From contig OY843592.1 in assembly GCA_963692865.2 (NCBI GenBank), positions 2,927,356 to 2,991,355 on the forward strand: a stretch of 64,000 nucleotides of DNA, read 5' to 3'. The notes under the pieces are model-generated. The model was not told the origin of the DNA, did no database searches, and saw only the letters and a list, made by a program, of their open reading frames with translations. Position 1 is the stretch's first letter, and every line of letters begins with the position of its first letter. This document shows, one piece after another, positions 56,641-64,000 of the stretch. This DNA is from a bacterium. GTDB taxonomy: Bacteria; UBA8248. Made by a program: the position numbers and the translations under genes.

Positions 56641-57891
56641 TTGCACAGCGCGCTGAAAGGCCTCTTGAGCCTGGAATCCGGACGCATCGTGGACGACATG
56701 GAACACCCCTTCACTTGCCCCGAGACGGGCGGGAACCTGCAGGGCAGCTACGATGTCGAGTGGGTAAAGGCCCATGTCGACAGGGACGAGATCGCCCGCA
56801 GACCCCGTGGCATCTGGCGCTGGCGCGAACTCTTGCCCGTGCGCGATGAGAAGAACGTGGTCTCGCTCGTTGAGGGCGACACCCCCCTCATCCCCGCCGA
56901 GAGGCTCGGGAAAACGCTTGGATACAGGAACCTCTATATCCTGGATGAATCGAGAAACCCCACGGGGTCGTTCAAGGACAGGGGCGGGTCGGTCACCATC
57001 AGCAAGTGCAGGGAAGTGGGGGTGGACCGCATCGTGCTGCCCTCCTCGGGCAACGCCGCGGCCTGTTTCAGCGCCTACTGCGCGCGGGGCGGAATCGAGT
57101 TCATCGGCTTCGTGCGCGACGACAGCTCTGCCGTCCATTGCCTGCAAGTCGGCGCATACGGGGCGTTCACGCTCATCATCGAGGGCGATCAGGGCACGGG
57201 CGGACGCTTCGCGGAAGAGGTATCCAAGGAACTCGGCTGTCTGCACGCCACCCTGCCCCGGAATCTCTACAGAATCGAGGGGAAAAAGACCGCCGCCTTC
57301 GAGATCGCCGAAAAACTCGGCTGGCGCGCGCCGGACCGCGTCGTCTGCCCCACGGCGGGCGGCACGATGGCGCTTGCGATGGACCAAGGCTTTCGGGAAC
57401 TCCTGGCCTTGGGCTGGATAGACAGGATGCCCGCGATCGACGTCGTACAAGTCGATGGCTGCGCGCCCATCGTCCGTGCCCTTCACACGGGCGGTAAGGT
57501 CGAGCCCTGGGGCGAGGTGCACACGAAATCCGCCGGCCTCACGAGCCCCTCCCCCGGCGCGGGCGAGCGCGTGGCGGGAGTTGTTCGGAAATCAGAAGGC
57601 CACGGCGTGCTCGTGAGCGACGCGATGAACCTCGAAGCCGAGTTTCTCATCGCCGGACGCGAGGGGCTTTTCCTGCAACCCGCTTCTGCGGCGTCCGTGG
57701 CGAGCCTGATGGAGGACGCCGAGCGGCCCCGAAGGCCCGAAGCCGATGAGGTAATCGTCTGCATCGGCACGGGCACCGGAAAGAACGCGGCGGAAGTGGC
57801 GGGCGAAGCGCTCGGCAGGCCGGAACGCATTCCGCCCGATATCGACGCCTTCACACGAGCCCGCGACGCCTGGCGGGGGGACGGCGCCTGA
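56641..57891 (+). CDS. threonine synthase-like PLP-dependent enzyme (TrpB-fold)
   Basis: NPTGSFKDRGGSV (PLP lysine), LPSSGNAAACFSAYCARGG and IGTGTGKN. Start is the TTG at 56641 (AAGGAG upstream) or the ATG at 56698. Confidence 0.85.
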   Translation: MHSALKGLLSLESGRIVDDMEHPFTCPETGGNLQGSYDVEWVKAHVDRDEIARRPRGIWRWRELLPVRDEKNVVSLVEGDTPLIPAERLGKTLGYRNLYILDESRNPTGSFKDRGGSVTISKCREVGVDRIVLPSSGNAAACFSAYCARGGIEFIGFVRDDSSAVHCLQVGAYGAFTLIIEGDQGTGGRFAEEVSKELGCLHATLPRNLYRIEGKKTAAFEIAEKLGWRAPDRVVCPTAGGTMALAMDQGFRELLALGWIDRMPAIDVVQVDGCAPIVRALHTGGKVEPWGEVHTKSAGLTSPSPGAGERVAGVVRKSEGHGVLVSDAMNLEAEFLIAGREGLFLQPASAASVASLMEDAERPRRPEADEVIVCIGTGTGKNAAEVAGEALGRPERIPPDIDAFTRARDAWRGDGA

Positions 57892-57959
57892 GGCGGCCGA
57901 CAAGCGCTATCAAGCCGCAAGACTGCCGAAACACACCACCCGCAACCGGAAAAACACAT

Positions 57960-58270
57960 CCTTCCCCGGGTTGTTGAAAAAACTGGCCCGGCCCTGGGAG
58001 CGGACGCGTTTGATGCCCGTCTTGCATGCCACCGTATCGACCTCATCCTGAGTAGGCGCGCAAGCGCCGTATCGAAGGATGGGAGGCGCGTAAACGCTCC
58101 CTCATCAATCACGTTTGACCCCGCAGGCATGAACTTCGCCCTTCGTACCCGGCTTCGCCGCTACTCAGGGTGAAGGAGATATTACGCGCCGGAGCGGCGA
58201 ATGCGCTGCAGGTATCGGTCTTCCCGAGGAGGAAAAACCGATCCTTGAGGGGACTTTTCCAATAACCCGT
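57960..58270. repeat. intergenic mosaic of interspersed palindromic repeat modules
   Basis: GGTTGTTGAAAAAA at 57968-57985. A 37-38-bp module is forward at 58041-58078 and inverted at 58139-58175. Degenerate inverted GTTGAAAA-type module at 58251-58270. Confidence 0.75.
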
Positions 58271-58473
58271 ATTCGGCAGGCGCGTCTTCACGCATATCCA
58301 TGCGGCGAAAATTGTCCTTCCTTTCGCTTCTACCGTTCACATTCTACTTTATAGTACCCAATATAACTAACTGTTAATTTGTGCATTATAGTTCAATTAA
58401 AAATTTCCTTGATTTTCGTTTTATTTTCGTATACATTTTCTCCCTCACACCAACTCGAACAGGGAGAACAATC

Positions 58474-59718
58474 ATGGTGACGGAAAAAACCCTCCACAAA
58501 CTGGCCATTCTCGGTGGGCAATCCTTCGACGACAGGGAGGGTCCGCCCGGCATGCGGAAAAAGCCCAAATACCGGCGAAAATTCCTGGCCTCGGACACGC
58601 CGGCGATATTTCCGGTCCCCTTCAAGGGCGGGCGCATCATGCCGCTTCTCTCCACCATGATGACCAACGCCTGCAGCTACGACTGCCGCTATTGCCCCAT
58701 GCGGGCTTCTCGCAACATGCCGCGCTATGCCTTCGGCCCCGAGGAGCTGGCCGACACCTTCATGGCGCTCAAGCGGAGAAACCGCGCCGAGGGGCTTTTC
58801 CTCACCAGCGGCGTTCCGGGCAGCGGCGTCACGGGGGTGGACAGGATGATAGCCGCGGCGGAAATCCTGCGCTTCAAGCACCATTTCCATGGCTACATCC
58901 ACTTGAAGATGCTGCCGGGGGTGGAGGATTCCCAACTCGGGCGCGCAGCCCAGATAGCCACGAGACTCTCGGTGAACCTCGAAGCCGCCACCCAACGGGG
59001 TCTTCACGCCATGGCGCCCGAGAAGAGCCTCGACGCCGACCTGAAACCCGCCCTCGAATACGCAGGGGAGATGGCGCGCGAGTCGTTTTTCGAAAGATCC
59101 GGCCTCATCGCCGACGGCGTGACGACGCAGTTCATCGTCGGCGCAAGCGGGGAGAGCGACATGGACGTCCTCTCGGCTTCCCACGCGCTCCAGAAGAAGG
59201 GTCTTTTGCGCCACACCCATTTCAGCGCCTTCAAGGCGGTGGAGAACACGCCGATGGACGGGGTGCCCTCGGTCTCCAAAACGCGCGAGCACAGGCTCTA
59301 CCAGGCGGAACACCTCCTGCGCGAATATGGATTCGGGTTGGATGAAATTCCCGCCTCAGACGGCAACCTGGCGCTCGACGAGGACCCCAAGACGACGTGG
59401 GCGAGGAGAAACCTCTCGCAGTTCCCGGTGGAGATCATGACCGCGGACCCACAGACCTTGATGCGCGTGCCGGGGGTCGGCCCCACATGGGCGAAGCGCT
59501 TGGTGGAAGTCAGGAGAAAAGCCCACATCCGCGATTTCAGGTATCTGACGCGACTGGGCCGCATCCGCAAATCGGCGGCAGGGTGGCTCGCGCTTCGCGG
59601 CAAGCGCCTTGGGCCCAAACCCATGCTCGCCACGCAACTGAGCCTCGGCCTGCAGCACAGGGGAAAAAGGCGCGTTCATCCCTCGATGAGCAACTTACCG
59701 CCGTGTTCATTTCGTTGA
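58474..59718 (+). CDS. putative DNA modification/repair radical SAM protein with C-terminal helix-hairpin-helix
   Basis: ATG at 58474 behind AGGGAGA. CSYDCRYC radical-SAM cluster motif, and the C-terminal HhH LMRVPGVGPTWAKRLVEVRR. Family assignment is from memory of the rSAM_link_UDG family. Confidence 0.82.
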   Translation: MVTEKTLHKLAILGGQSFDDREGPPGMRKKPKYRRKFLASDTPAIFPVPFKGGRIMPLLSTMMTNACSYDCRYCPMRASRNMPRYAFGPEELADTFMALKRRNRAEGLFLTSGVPGSGVTGVDRMIAAAEILRFKHHFHGYIHLKMLPGVEDSQLGRAAQIATRLSVNLEAATQRGLHAMAPEKSLDADLKPALEYAGEMARESFFERSGLIADGVTTQFIVGASGESDMDVLSASHALQKKGLLRHTHFSAFKAVENTPMDGVPSVSKTREHRLYQAEHLLREYGFGLDEIPASDGNLALDEDPKTTWARRNLSQFPVEIMTADPQTLMRVPGVGPTWAKRLVEVRRKAHIRDFRYLTRLGRIRKSAAGWLALRGKRLGPKPMLATQLSLGLQHRGKRRVHPSMSNLPPCSFR

Positions 59719-59841
59719 TGTTGCGGCCAAAATGCGTGGTTGGATTGCGCCCGCCCGCTTGACGCGGATATGCGATGGGACTACCCTTCCCGTCTCTCGC
59801 TGTAGAGCCAATGCGCGCGATGCGAGAGGACACCGCTTCAT

Positions 59842-59916
59842 GGCCCCTTCGTCTAGCGGTCAGGACACCGGCCTCTCACGCCGGTAACAGGGGTTCGAGT
59901 CCCCTAGGGGTCACCA
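59842..59916 (+). tRNA. tRNA-Glu (anticodon CUC)
   Basis: GGCCCCTTCGTCTAGCGGTCAGGACACCGGCCTCTCACGCCGGTAACAGGGGTTCGAGTCCCCTAGGGGTCACCA. Folds as a cloverleaf by hand: 7-bp acceptor stem, anticodon stem CCGGC/GCCGG with loop CUCUCAC, T-loop TTCGAGT, encoded CCA. Confidence 0.9.
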
Positions 59917-59946
59917 GTAAGAACAAGCTCACAAGTGATACTCGCC

Positions 59947-60591
59947 TCAACCCCAGGTGTTCATGTGGACGATCTCATCGAGCGGTCGGCGCTTGGCGGG
60001 CCGGAAATTCATCCCCAGCGTCCAGGCCACTGGGATGAGCGCCACCTGCATGAAGTCTTCCGGCACGCCGAGAAGCTCCGCCGCCTCCATCTCGCAGCGC
60101 AGGTGCAGCGTGGTGAACACCGAACCCAGCCCGCGTGAGCGCAGCGCCAGTTGAAAACTCCACACCGCCGGAATGACGGACCCCATGAGGCCAGCCCACA
60201 TGAAACGCGGCGGATTATCGGGCAGGAAATTCTGGATGCACGGAATCACGTGCACGGGGGCGCGCTCGATGTTCTCGGCCAGATAGATGGCGGAATCGAA
60301 CACCCGCTCATCCTGCGCGGCCCCGCTTTCTCGCGCCTGCGCCAGGCCCTGCGCGAGGTATTCATCCCCTCCCTTGCGGTAGAGCCGCCCGAGTTCACGG
60401 CGTTTGTCCTCATCCGTCACCACGAGCCAGCGCCAGCCCTGGCGGTTCGAACCCGTGGGGGCCTGCAGGCCGAGTTCGAGACAATCCATCACGACCTCTG
60501 TCGGCACTTCACGGTCGAAATCGAGGCGCTTGCGCACCGAGCGCGTCGTGGAAAGGAGTTTGTCGGTCATTGCGAGGTCGAAACCGGCCAT
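59947..60591 (-). CDS. nitroreductase-family protein
   Basis: TTRSVRKRLDFDREVP...APTGSNRQGWRWLVV... 214 aa. Confidence 0.88.
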   Translation of the reverse strand: MAGFDLAMTDKLLSTTRSVRKRLDFDREVPTEVVMDCLELGLQAPTGSNRQGWRWLVVTDEDKRRELGRLYRKGGDEYLAQGLAQARESGAAQDERVFDSAIYLAENIERAPVHVIPCIQNFLPDNPPRFMWAGLMGSVIPAVWSFQLALRSRGLGSVFTTLHLRCEMEAAELLGVPEDFMQVALIPVAWTLGMNFRPAKRRPLDEIVHMNTWG

Positions 60592-60751
60592 GCGGCCCTC
60601 CTTTCAGGTGCAAGATTCGGTTATTTCAAGCGAGATGCGACATGGTATCAAAACGCAAGACTCCGCGTAACGCACGGCGCGCGCCGGTTCCCAAAGGCGG
60701 CGTCGTTCTTCTATAATCCCTCCAATTCCTATCACCAAAACGAGGATAATC

Positions 60752-61435
60752 ATGTCGAACCAGGCAAGCGAAACCAGCAAAATCCGGCTGCTCGACCCCG
60801 ATGCGGCGGCGGGTGATACGGCGCGTTTCTTCGAGGCGACGCGCGAGTTTCTGGGACGCATCCCCAATTCCGCGCTCGCAATGGCGAACACGCCCTACAT
60901 CGCGCGCTTCTACCTCCCCTTCAACGCCACGCTCCAGCGCGAGGGCATGGGCGGTCTGCTGACCTGCAAGATAAAGGAGATCGTGGTTCTCAAGACGAGC
61001 TTCGTGAATTCTTGCGCCTACTGAATCGCGCACAACACGGCGCTTGGTCAAGCGACGGGAATCACGGATGAGCAGATCGAGGCCATCGCCTCGGACGATT
61101 ACATGACCTCCCCCCTTTTAAGTCCGCGCGAGCGCGCCGCCTGCCTGTGGGCGGAGCATTTTACGCGAAACACCGCGCGCGAGAACCCGGACGTGCTCGA
61201 AGAGGTGAAGCGGCATTTCACCGATGGCGAGATCGTCGAGATGTCTCTCATGAGCGGCAAGCAGAGCATGATGAACCGCTTCATGGACTCGTTCGCCATC
61301 CCCATTGAGGACGAGGGCGAGGTGAACAAGATCAAAAAATCTGTGCGCGGGAATCCCGACAAGATGAAGGCGTATCTCCAGGCGCTCATCGACAACTGGC
61401 CCGAGGAGTTCCCCGAACCCAACCCGGATGAATAG
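60752..61435 (+). CDS. AhpD/carboxymuconolactone-decarboxylase-like selenoprotein (in-frame UGA at 61022-61024 read as Sec, CxxU motif)
   Basis: ORFs 60752..61024 and 61103..61435 share a frame (offset 351 nt). Read-through gives ...LKTSFVNSCAY-U-IAHNTALGQATGITDEQIEAI..., so the UGA sits where CMD/AhpD proteins carry the second Cys of CxxC. Hairpin 13 nt downstream. Confidence 0.75.
61038..61057 (+). promoter_or_regulatory. candidate bacterial SECIS hairpin
   Basis: CGG-CGCTT-ggtc-AAGCG-ACG. 5-bp core stem plus 2 further pairs across one G/A mismatch, with apical loop GGUC. Starts 13 nt after the UGA. Confidence 0.5.
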
Positions 61436-61462
61436 GGAGCAAAGACAAAAGCCGCCCCCGGC

Positions 61463-62497
61463 CTACAAATAATCCCGTACTGCCACAGTCCGTCCCATGC
61501 GCGAACTCGCGTCCGCCGCGAAGACGACGGCGAGGTTCTCGTGCGCGACGCGGCCGTCCACCTCGGGCGTTCTGTCTCCGCGCACGCAGTCGGCGAAATC
61601 CTCGAGCGCGTCTCGGAACATGTCCCCCTCGGGCACCTCGTATACGGCGTCTTCGCCCAGCGGATCCCTGTCGACGTGGAGGCGGATGGGTTCCGGCGCC
61701 TTGGAAGGGTCGCGCCACTGCTGGCCCGTGATGCGGAAGTGCGCGACGCCCTTCGTGCCGTGCACGTTCATGTGAAACGCCCAGGGACACGCCCAGCCCC
61801 CGCCGACGTAGGAGAGCGCGCCGCTCTCGTGCTCGAGAATCATCATCGAGGTGTCGTCCACGTCCTCGGTCGCATAGGCGCGCTTGAGCCTGGCGGTGAC
61901 GTTTTTAATCGGACCGTGCAGGTAGCGGAACGTGTCGATGTGGTGGATGGACAGCTGGATGACGACGCCGGTGGGGTTGAGCTCCCGGCTCGAGCGCCAC
62001 TTCTCGGGCGTGAGTTCCAGCCCCCGCTCGGTGCAGAAGTTGCTCTCGCTCATCGAGATTTTTCCAATTTCACCCGCGTCTATCAGCTCCTTCATGCGCC
62101 TCGATACGGCCAGTCGGCGCGCGCTGTGGCCCACCGCCAGCTTGACGCCCGCGCCCTCGGCCGCATCCACGATGGCCCGGGAGTGCTCCAGGCTGTGCGC
62201 GATGGGCTTTTCGCAGTAGACGTGCTTGCCCGCGGCGGCCAGGGCCTCGATGTGCTCCTTGTGGTTGTGGTTGGGCGTCGTGAGGATGACGGCCTCGACC
62301 TCATCGTCATTCAGCAGCGCATCCAGGCTATCCGCCTCGCGCGCGCCGTAGCGCTCCATGAAGGCGCCGCGTTTTTCCGCTGTGCGGCTGAAGCACGAGA
62401 CGAGCCGGATTTTGCCTCCACGGAGCGCTGCGTCTGCGAGCACGTTGGCCCAGCGGCCCAGCCCCATCGAGGCGACGCGCACGGGTTCGAACGACAT
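61463..62497 (-). CDS. Gfo/Idh/MocA-family oxidoreductase
   Basis: VRVASMGLGRWANV..., AVILTTPNHNHKEHIEALAAAGKHVYCEKP. Confidence 0.9.
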   Translation of the reverse strand: MSFEPVRVASMGLGRWANVLADAALRGGKIRLVSCFSRTAEKRGAFMERYGAREADSLDALLNDDEVEAVILTTPNHNHKEHIEALAAAGKHVYCEKPIAHSLEHSRAIVDAAEGAGVKLAVGHSARRLAVSRRMKELIDAGEIGKISMSESNFCTERGLELTPEKWRSSRELNPTGVVIQLSIHHIDTFRYLHGPIKNVTARLKRAYATEDVDDTSMMILEHESGALSYVGGGWACPWAFHMNVHGTKGVAHFRITGQQWRDPSKAPEPIRLHVDRDPLGEDAVYEVPEGDMFRDALEDFADCVRGDRTPEVDGRVAHENLAVVFAADASSRMGRTVAVRDYL

Positions 62498-62598
62498 GTT
62501 GTTTTCTCCTCGGGAAATTGTAAGTCGGTGGATTAGCGGAATCCGATATTCATCAGGGCGAGCGAAACTCTGAAAAACTCCACGATATCAAGCCTGCG

Positions 62599-63057
62599 CT
62601 AGATACTCACCTGGAAATTGGGCAAGCGCACGCCCGCCGCCGGATCCACCGGGGCCGCGCTCAATTCATCGAGCGTTGTGTTGCGCAGCGTCTCGTCTAT
62701 CGCGTCTTCGAGTTTTTTCCACAAGGCGCGGCTTCCGCATACCGGAATGTTCGGACACGGCGACGAGGGAGGCTCATCGCCGCAATCGACGGGCTGAATC
62801 GTCTCCCCCACCGCGGAGAGAACGTCGCGCATGTTGATATCAGAAGGCGGCAGCGCGAGGATGTAGCCGCCCCCCGGCCCCCGCGTACTGCTCACCAGAG
62901 AGGCCCTGCGCATCTTCACGAACAACTGTTCGAGATAGTGCTGGCTGATTCCGAGCCTGCCGGCTATCTGGGGCAAGGGCACGGGATGCGTCTGCGAATG
63001 CCTCGCCAGCTCTATCATGGCGAGCACGGCGTATCGCCCCTTGGTCGATATTTTCAT
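62599..63057 (-). CDS. Rrf2-family transcriptional regulator (IscR-like, Cys-containing)
   Basis: MKISTKGRYAVLAMIELA...LPQIAGRLGISQHYLEQLFVKMRRASLVSSTRGPGGGY. Three spaced Cys (C..C..C) downstream. Confidence 0.9.
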   Translation of the reverse strand: MKISTKGRYAVLAMIELARHSQTHPVPLPQIAGRLGISQHYLEQLFVKMRRASLVSSTRGPGGGYILALPPSDINMRDVLSAVGETIQPVDCGDEPPSSPCPNIPVCGSRALWKKLEDAIDETLRNTTLDELSAAPVDPAAGVRLPNFQVSI

Positions 63058-63088
63058 CGGCGGCGTCCTCTCATCTCACGTCTAAGCC

Positions 63089-63829
63089 TCATGGCTGAAC
63101 GAGCGCTCCCCGCCTCGTGGGGATTTTCGTTTGCTCACTCCCGGCGAGCGCGCAGACGGGGCAATCCGGATCCCGGGCCACACGTACGCTCCCGGCGGTG
63201 TTTTTCCACAAATCGGCCGTCATCAGCCTGTTCGACCAGGCCGGCTCAAGCCCCCCGAGAACACGCAGCGCATCTGCGGCCTGCGCCATGCCCACGAAAC
63301 CGGCCACCGCGCCGAAAACGCCCGCATCCCCGCAGTCGAGGCCGCGCGCGTCAGCGCCCTCCTCGCCCACCAGGCAGCGCAGGCAGGCGCTCTCACAGGG
63401 CAGAATCGTCATCACCTGCCCGAAAAAGCGCAAGACGCCTCCCATGACCCACGGCGTCCCGGCCGCGATGCAGGCGTCGTTAAGAATGAGCTTGGTCGTC
63501 AAATTGTCGCTTCCATCGATCACGACGTCATAAGGCGCGATGATCCGGGCGACATTCTCGCGCGTGATTTTCTGGGGAATCTTGTCCACCGCTACTTCGG
63601 TGGACAGCCTGAATATGGAATCAGCGCCCGAGTCGACTTTTAGACGGCCGATGTCTTCGGTTCGATGGAGAATCTGGCGCGCCAGGTTGTCGAGCGTCAC
63701 GGCGTCGTGATCGGCAAGCCCGATACGCCCCACGCCGGAAGCAGCCAGCGCCAGCGCCGCGGGGCAGCCCAGGCCGCCGACGCCCACAATGAGTGCGGAC
63801 GAACGCGCCAGAGCGCTCTCATCACTCAT
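63089..63829 (-). CDS. ThiF/MoeB/HesA-family E1-like adenylyltransferase
   Basis: LIVGVGGLGCPAALALAASGVGRIGLADHDAVTLDNLARQ, plus the Zn-site pairs CESACLRC...CPVC. Confidence 0.9.
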   Translation of the reverse strand: MSDESALARSSALIVGVGGLGCPAALALAASGVGRIGLADHDAVTLDNLARQILHRTEDIGRLKVDSGADSIFRLSTEVAVDKIPQKITRENVARIIAPYDVVIDGSDNLTTKLILNDACIAAGTPWVMGGVLRFFGQVMTILPCESACLRCLVGEEGADARGLDCGDAGVFGAVAGFVGMAQAADALRVLGGLEPAWSNRLMTADLWKNTAGSVRVARDPDCPVCALAGSEQTKIPTRRGALVQP

Positions 63830-64000
63830 GCGCCCGCCTCCTCGAATATCTCCAGATCGCTTTCGATGAAGGTTTTTTGCTCCGCGTCCCAGGAATACAC
63901 CTTCTGGCCGATAACGGCGCCTTCGCGCACGCTCATGACGACGTGCTCGGCATCCGGAAACGCCGGAATATCCCCGAAAGGAACCGCCGCATCCACGTCT
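63826..64000 (-). CDS. 3' end of an unidentified gene (possibly JAB/MPN-type), partial
   Basis: Minus-strand reading frame ...VDAAVPFGDIPAFPDAEHVVMSVREGAVIGQKVYSWDAEQKTFIESDLEIFEEAGA* with ATGA stop/start overlap with the ThiF-like gene. The family guess rests on context only. Confidence 0.3.
   Translation of the reverse strand, partial: DVDAAVPFGDIPAFPDAEHVVMSVREGAVIGQKVYSWDAEQKTFIESDLEIFEEAGA

Noticed and set aside
59775-60038. 87-aa ORF covering the tRNA-Glu locus
   Set aside because: It overlaps a hand-foldable canonical tRNA and the 3' end of the nitroreductase gene, and has no coding signal.
59842-62600. tRNA-Glu as the attachment site of an integrated element
   Set aside because: No integrase, no direct repeat of the tRNA 3' end that I could find downstream, and the neighbouring genes have the same high G+C as the rest of the window.

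Overview
High-G+C (by eye, high 60s %), gene-dense bacterial chromosomal segment. I cannot assign a taxon from the sequence alone. About 60 protein genes and one tRNA are supported.

Layout:
- 0.2-19.6 kb, minus strand, housekeeping: a pyrR-pyrB-pyrC-carA-carB pyrimidine operon with a PyrR-type leader attenuator, an S4-domain protein, two SurA/PrsA-like PPIases, mfd, a RodZ-like protein, a metalloenzyme-superfamily protein and DAHP synthase.
- 20-33 kb: an amidohydrolase, two tandem acyl-CoA dehydrogenases, then the loci listed below.
- 33.7-37.7 kb: a visibly lower-G+C island.
- 37.7-64 kb: mixed metabolic genes (pdxA, split TPP decarboxylase, HAD, two quinone oxidoreductases, DUF1194, cca, a second pyrR, arcC, crotonase, TfoX, ADH, three PLP enzymes, a DNA-repair-type radical SAM protein, tRNA-Glu, nitroreductase, Gfo/Idh/MocA, Rrf2, ThiF/MoeB).

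Most notable observations:
1. Two genes need an in-frame UGA read as selenocysteine, each followed by a hairpin at SECIS distance: a UGSC-motif protein (23675-24283) and an AhpD/CMD-like CxxU protein (60752-61435).
2. A ridA-yqeB-AAA+-VWA-yqeC-xdhC operon (26.9-32.8 kb) interleaves selenium-type molybdenum-hydroxylase maturation markers with a CoxD/E/F-like (or CobS/T-like) ATPase/VWA motor. No hydroxylase is in the window, and the VWA gene carries a frameshift.
3. The lower-G+C island holds two adjacent AAA+/STAND-type ATPases, one with wHTH plus 43-aa helical repeats. It has no recognisable effector and no mobility gene.
4. About 4 kb of intergenic DNA is a mosaic of at least four interspersed palindromic repeat families. 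It is not CRISPR.

Many long ORFs in the supplied track are antisense GC-artefacts and were not called.
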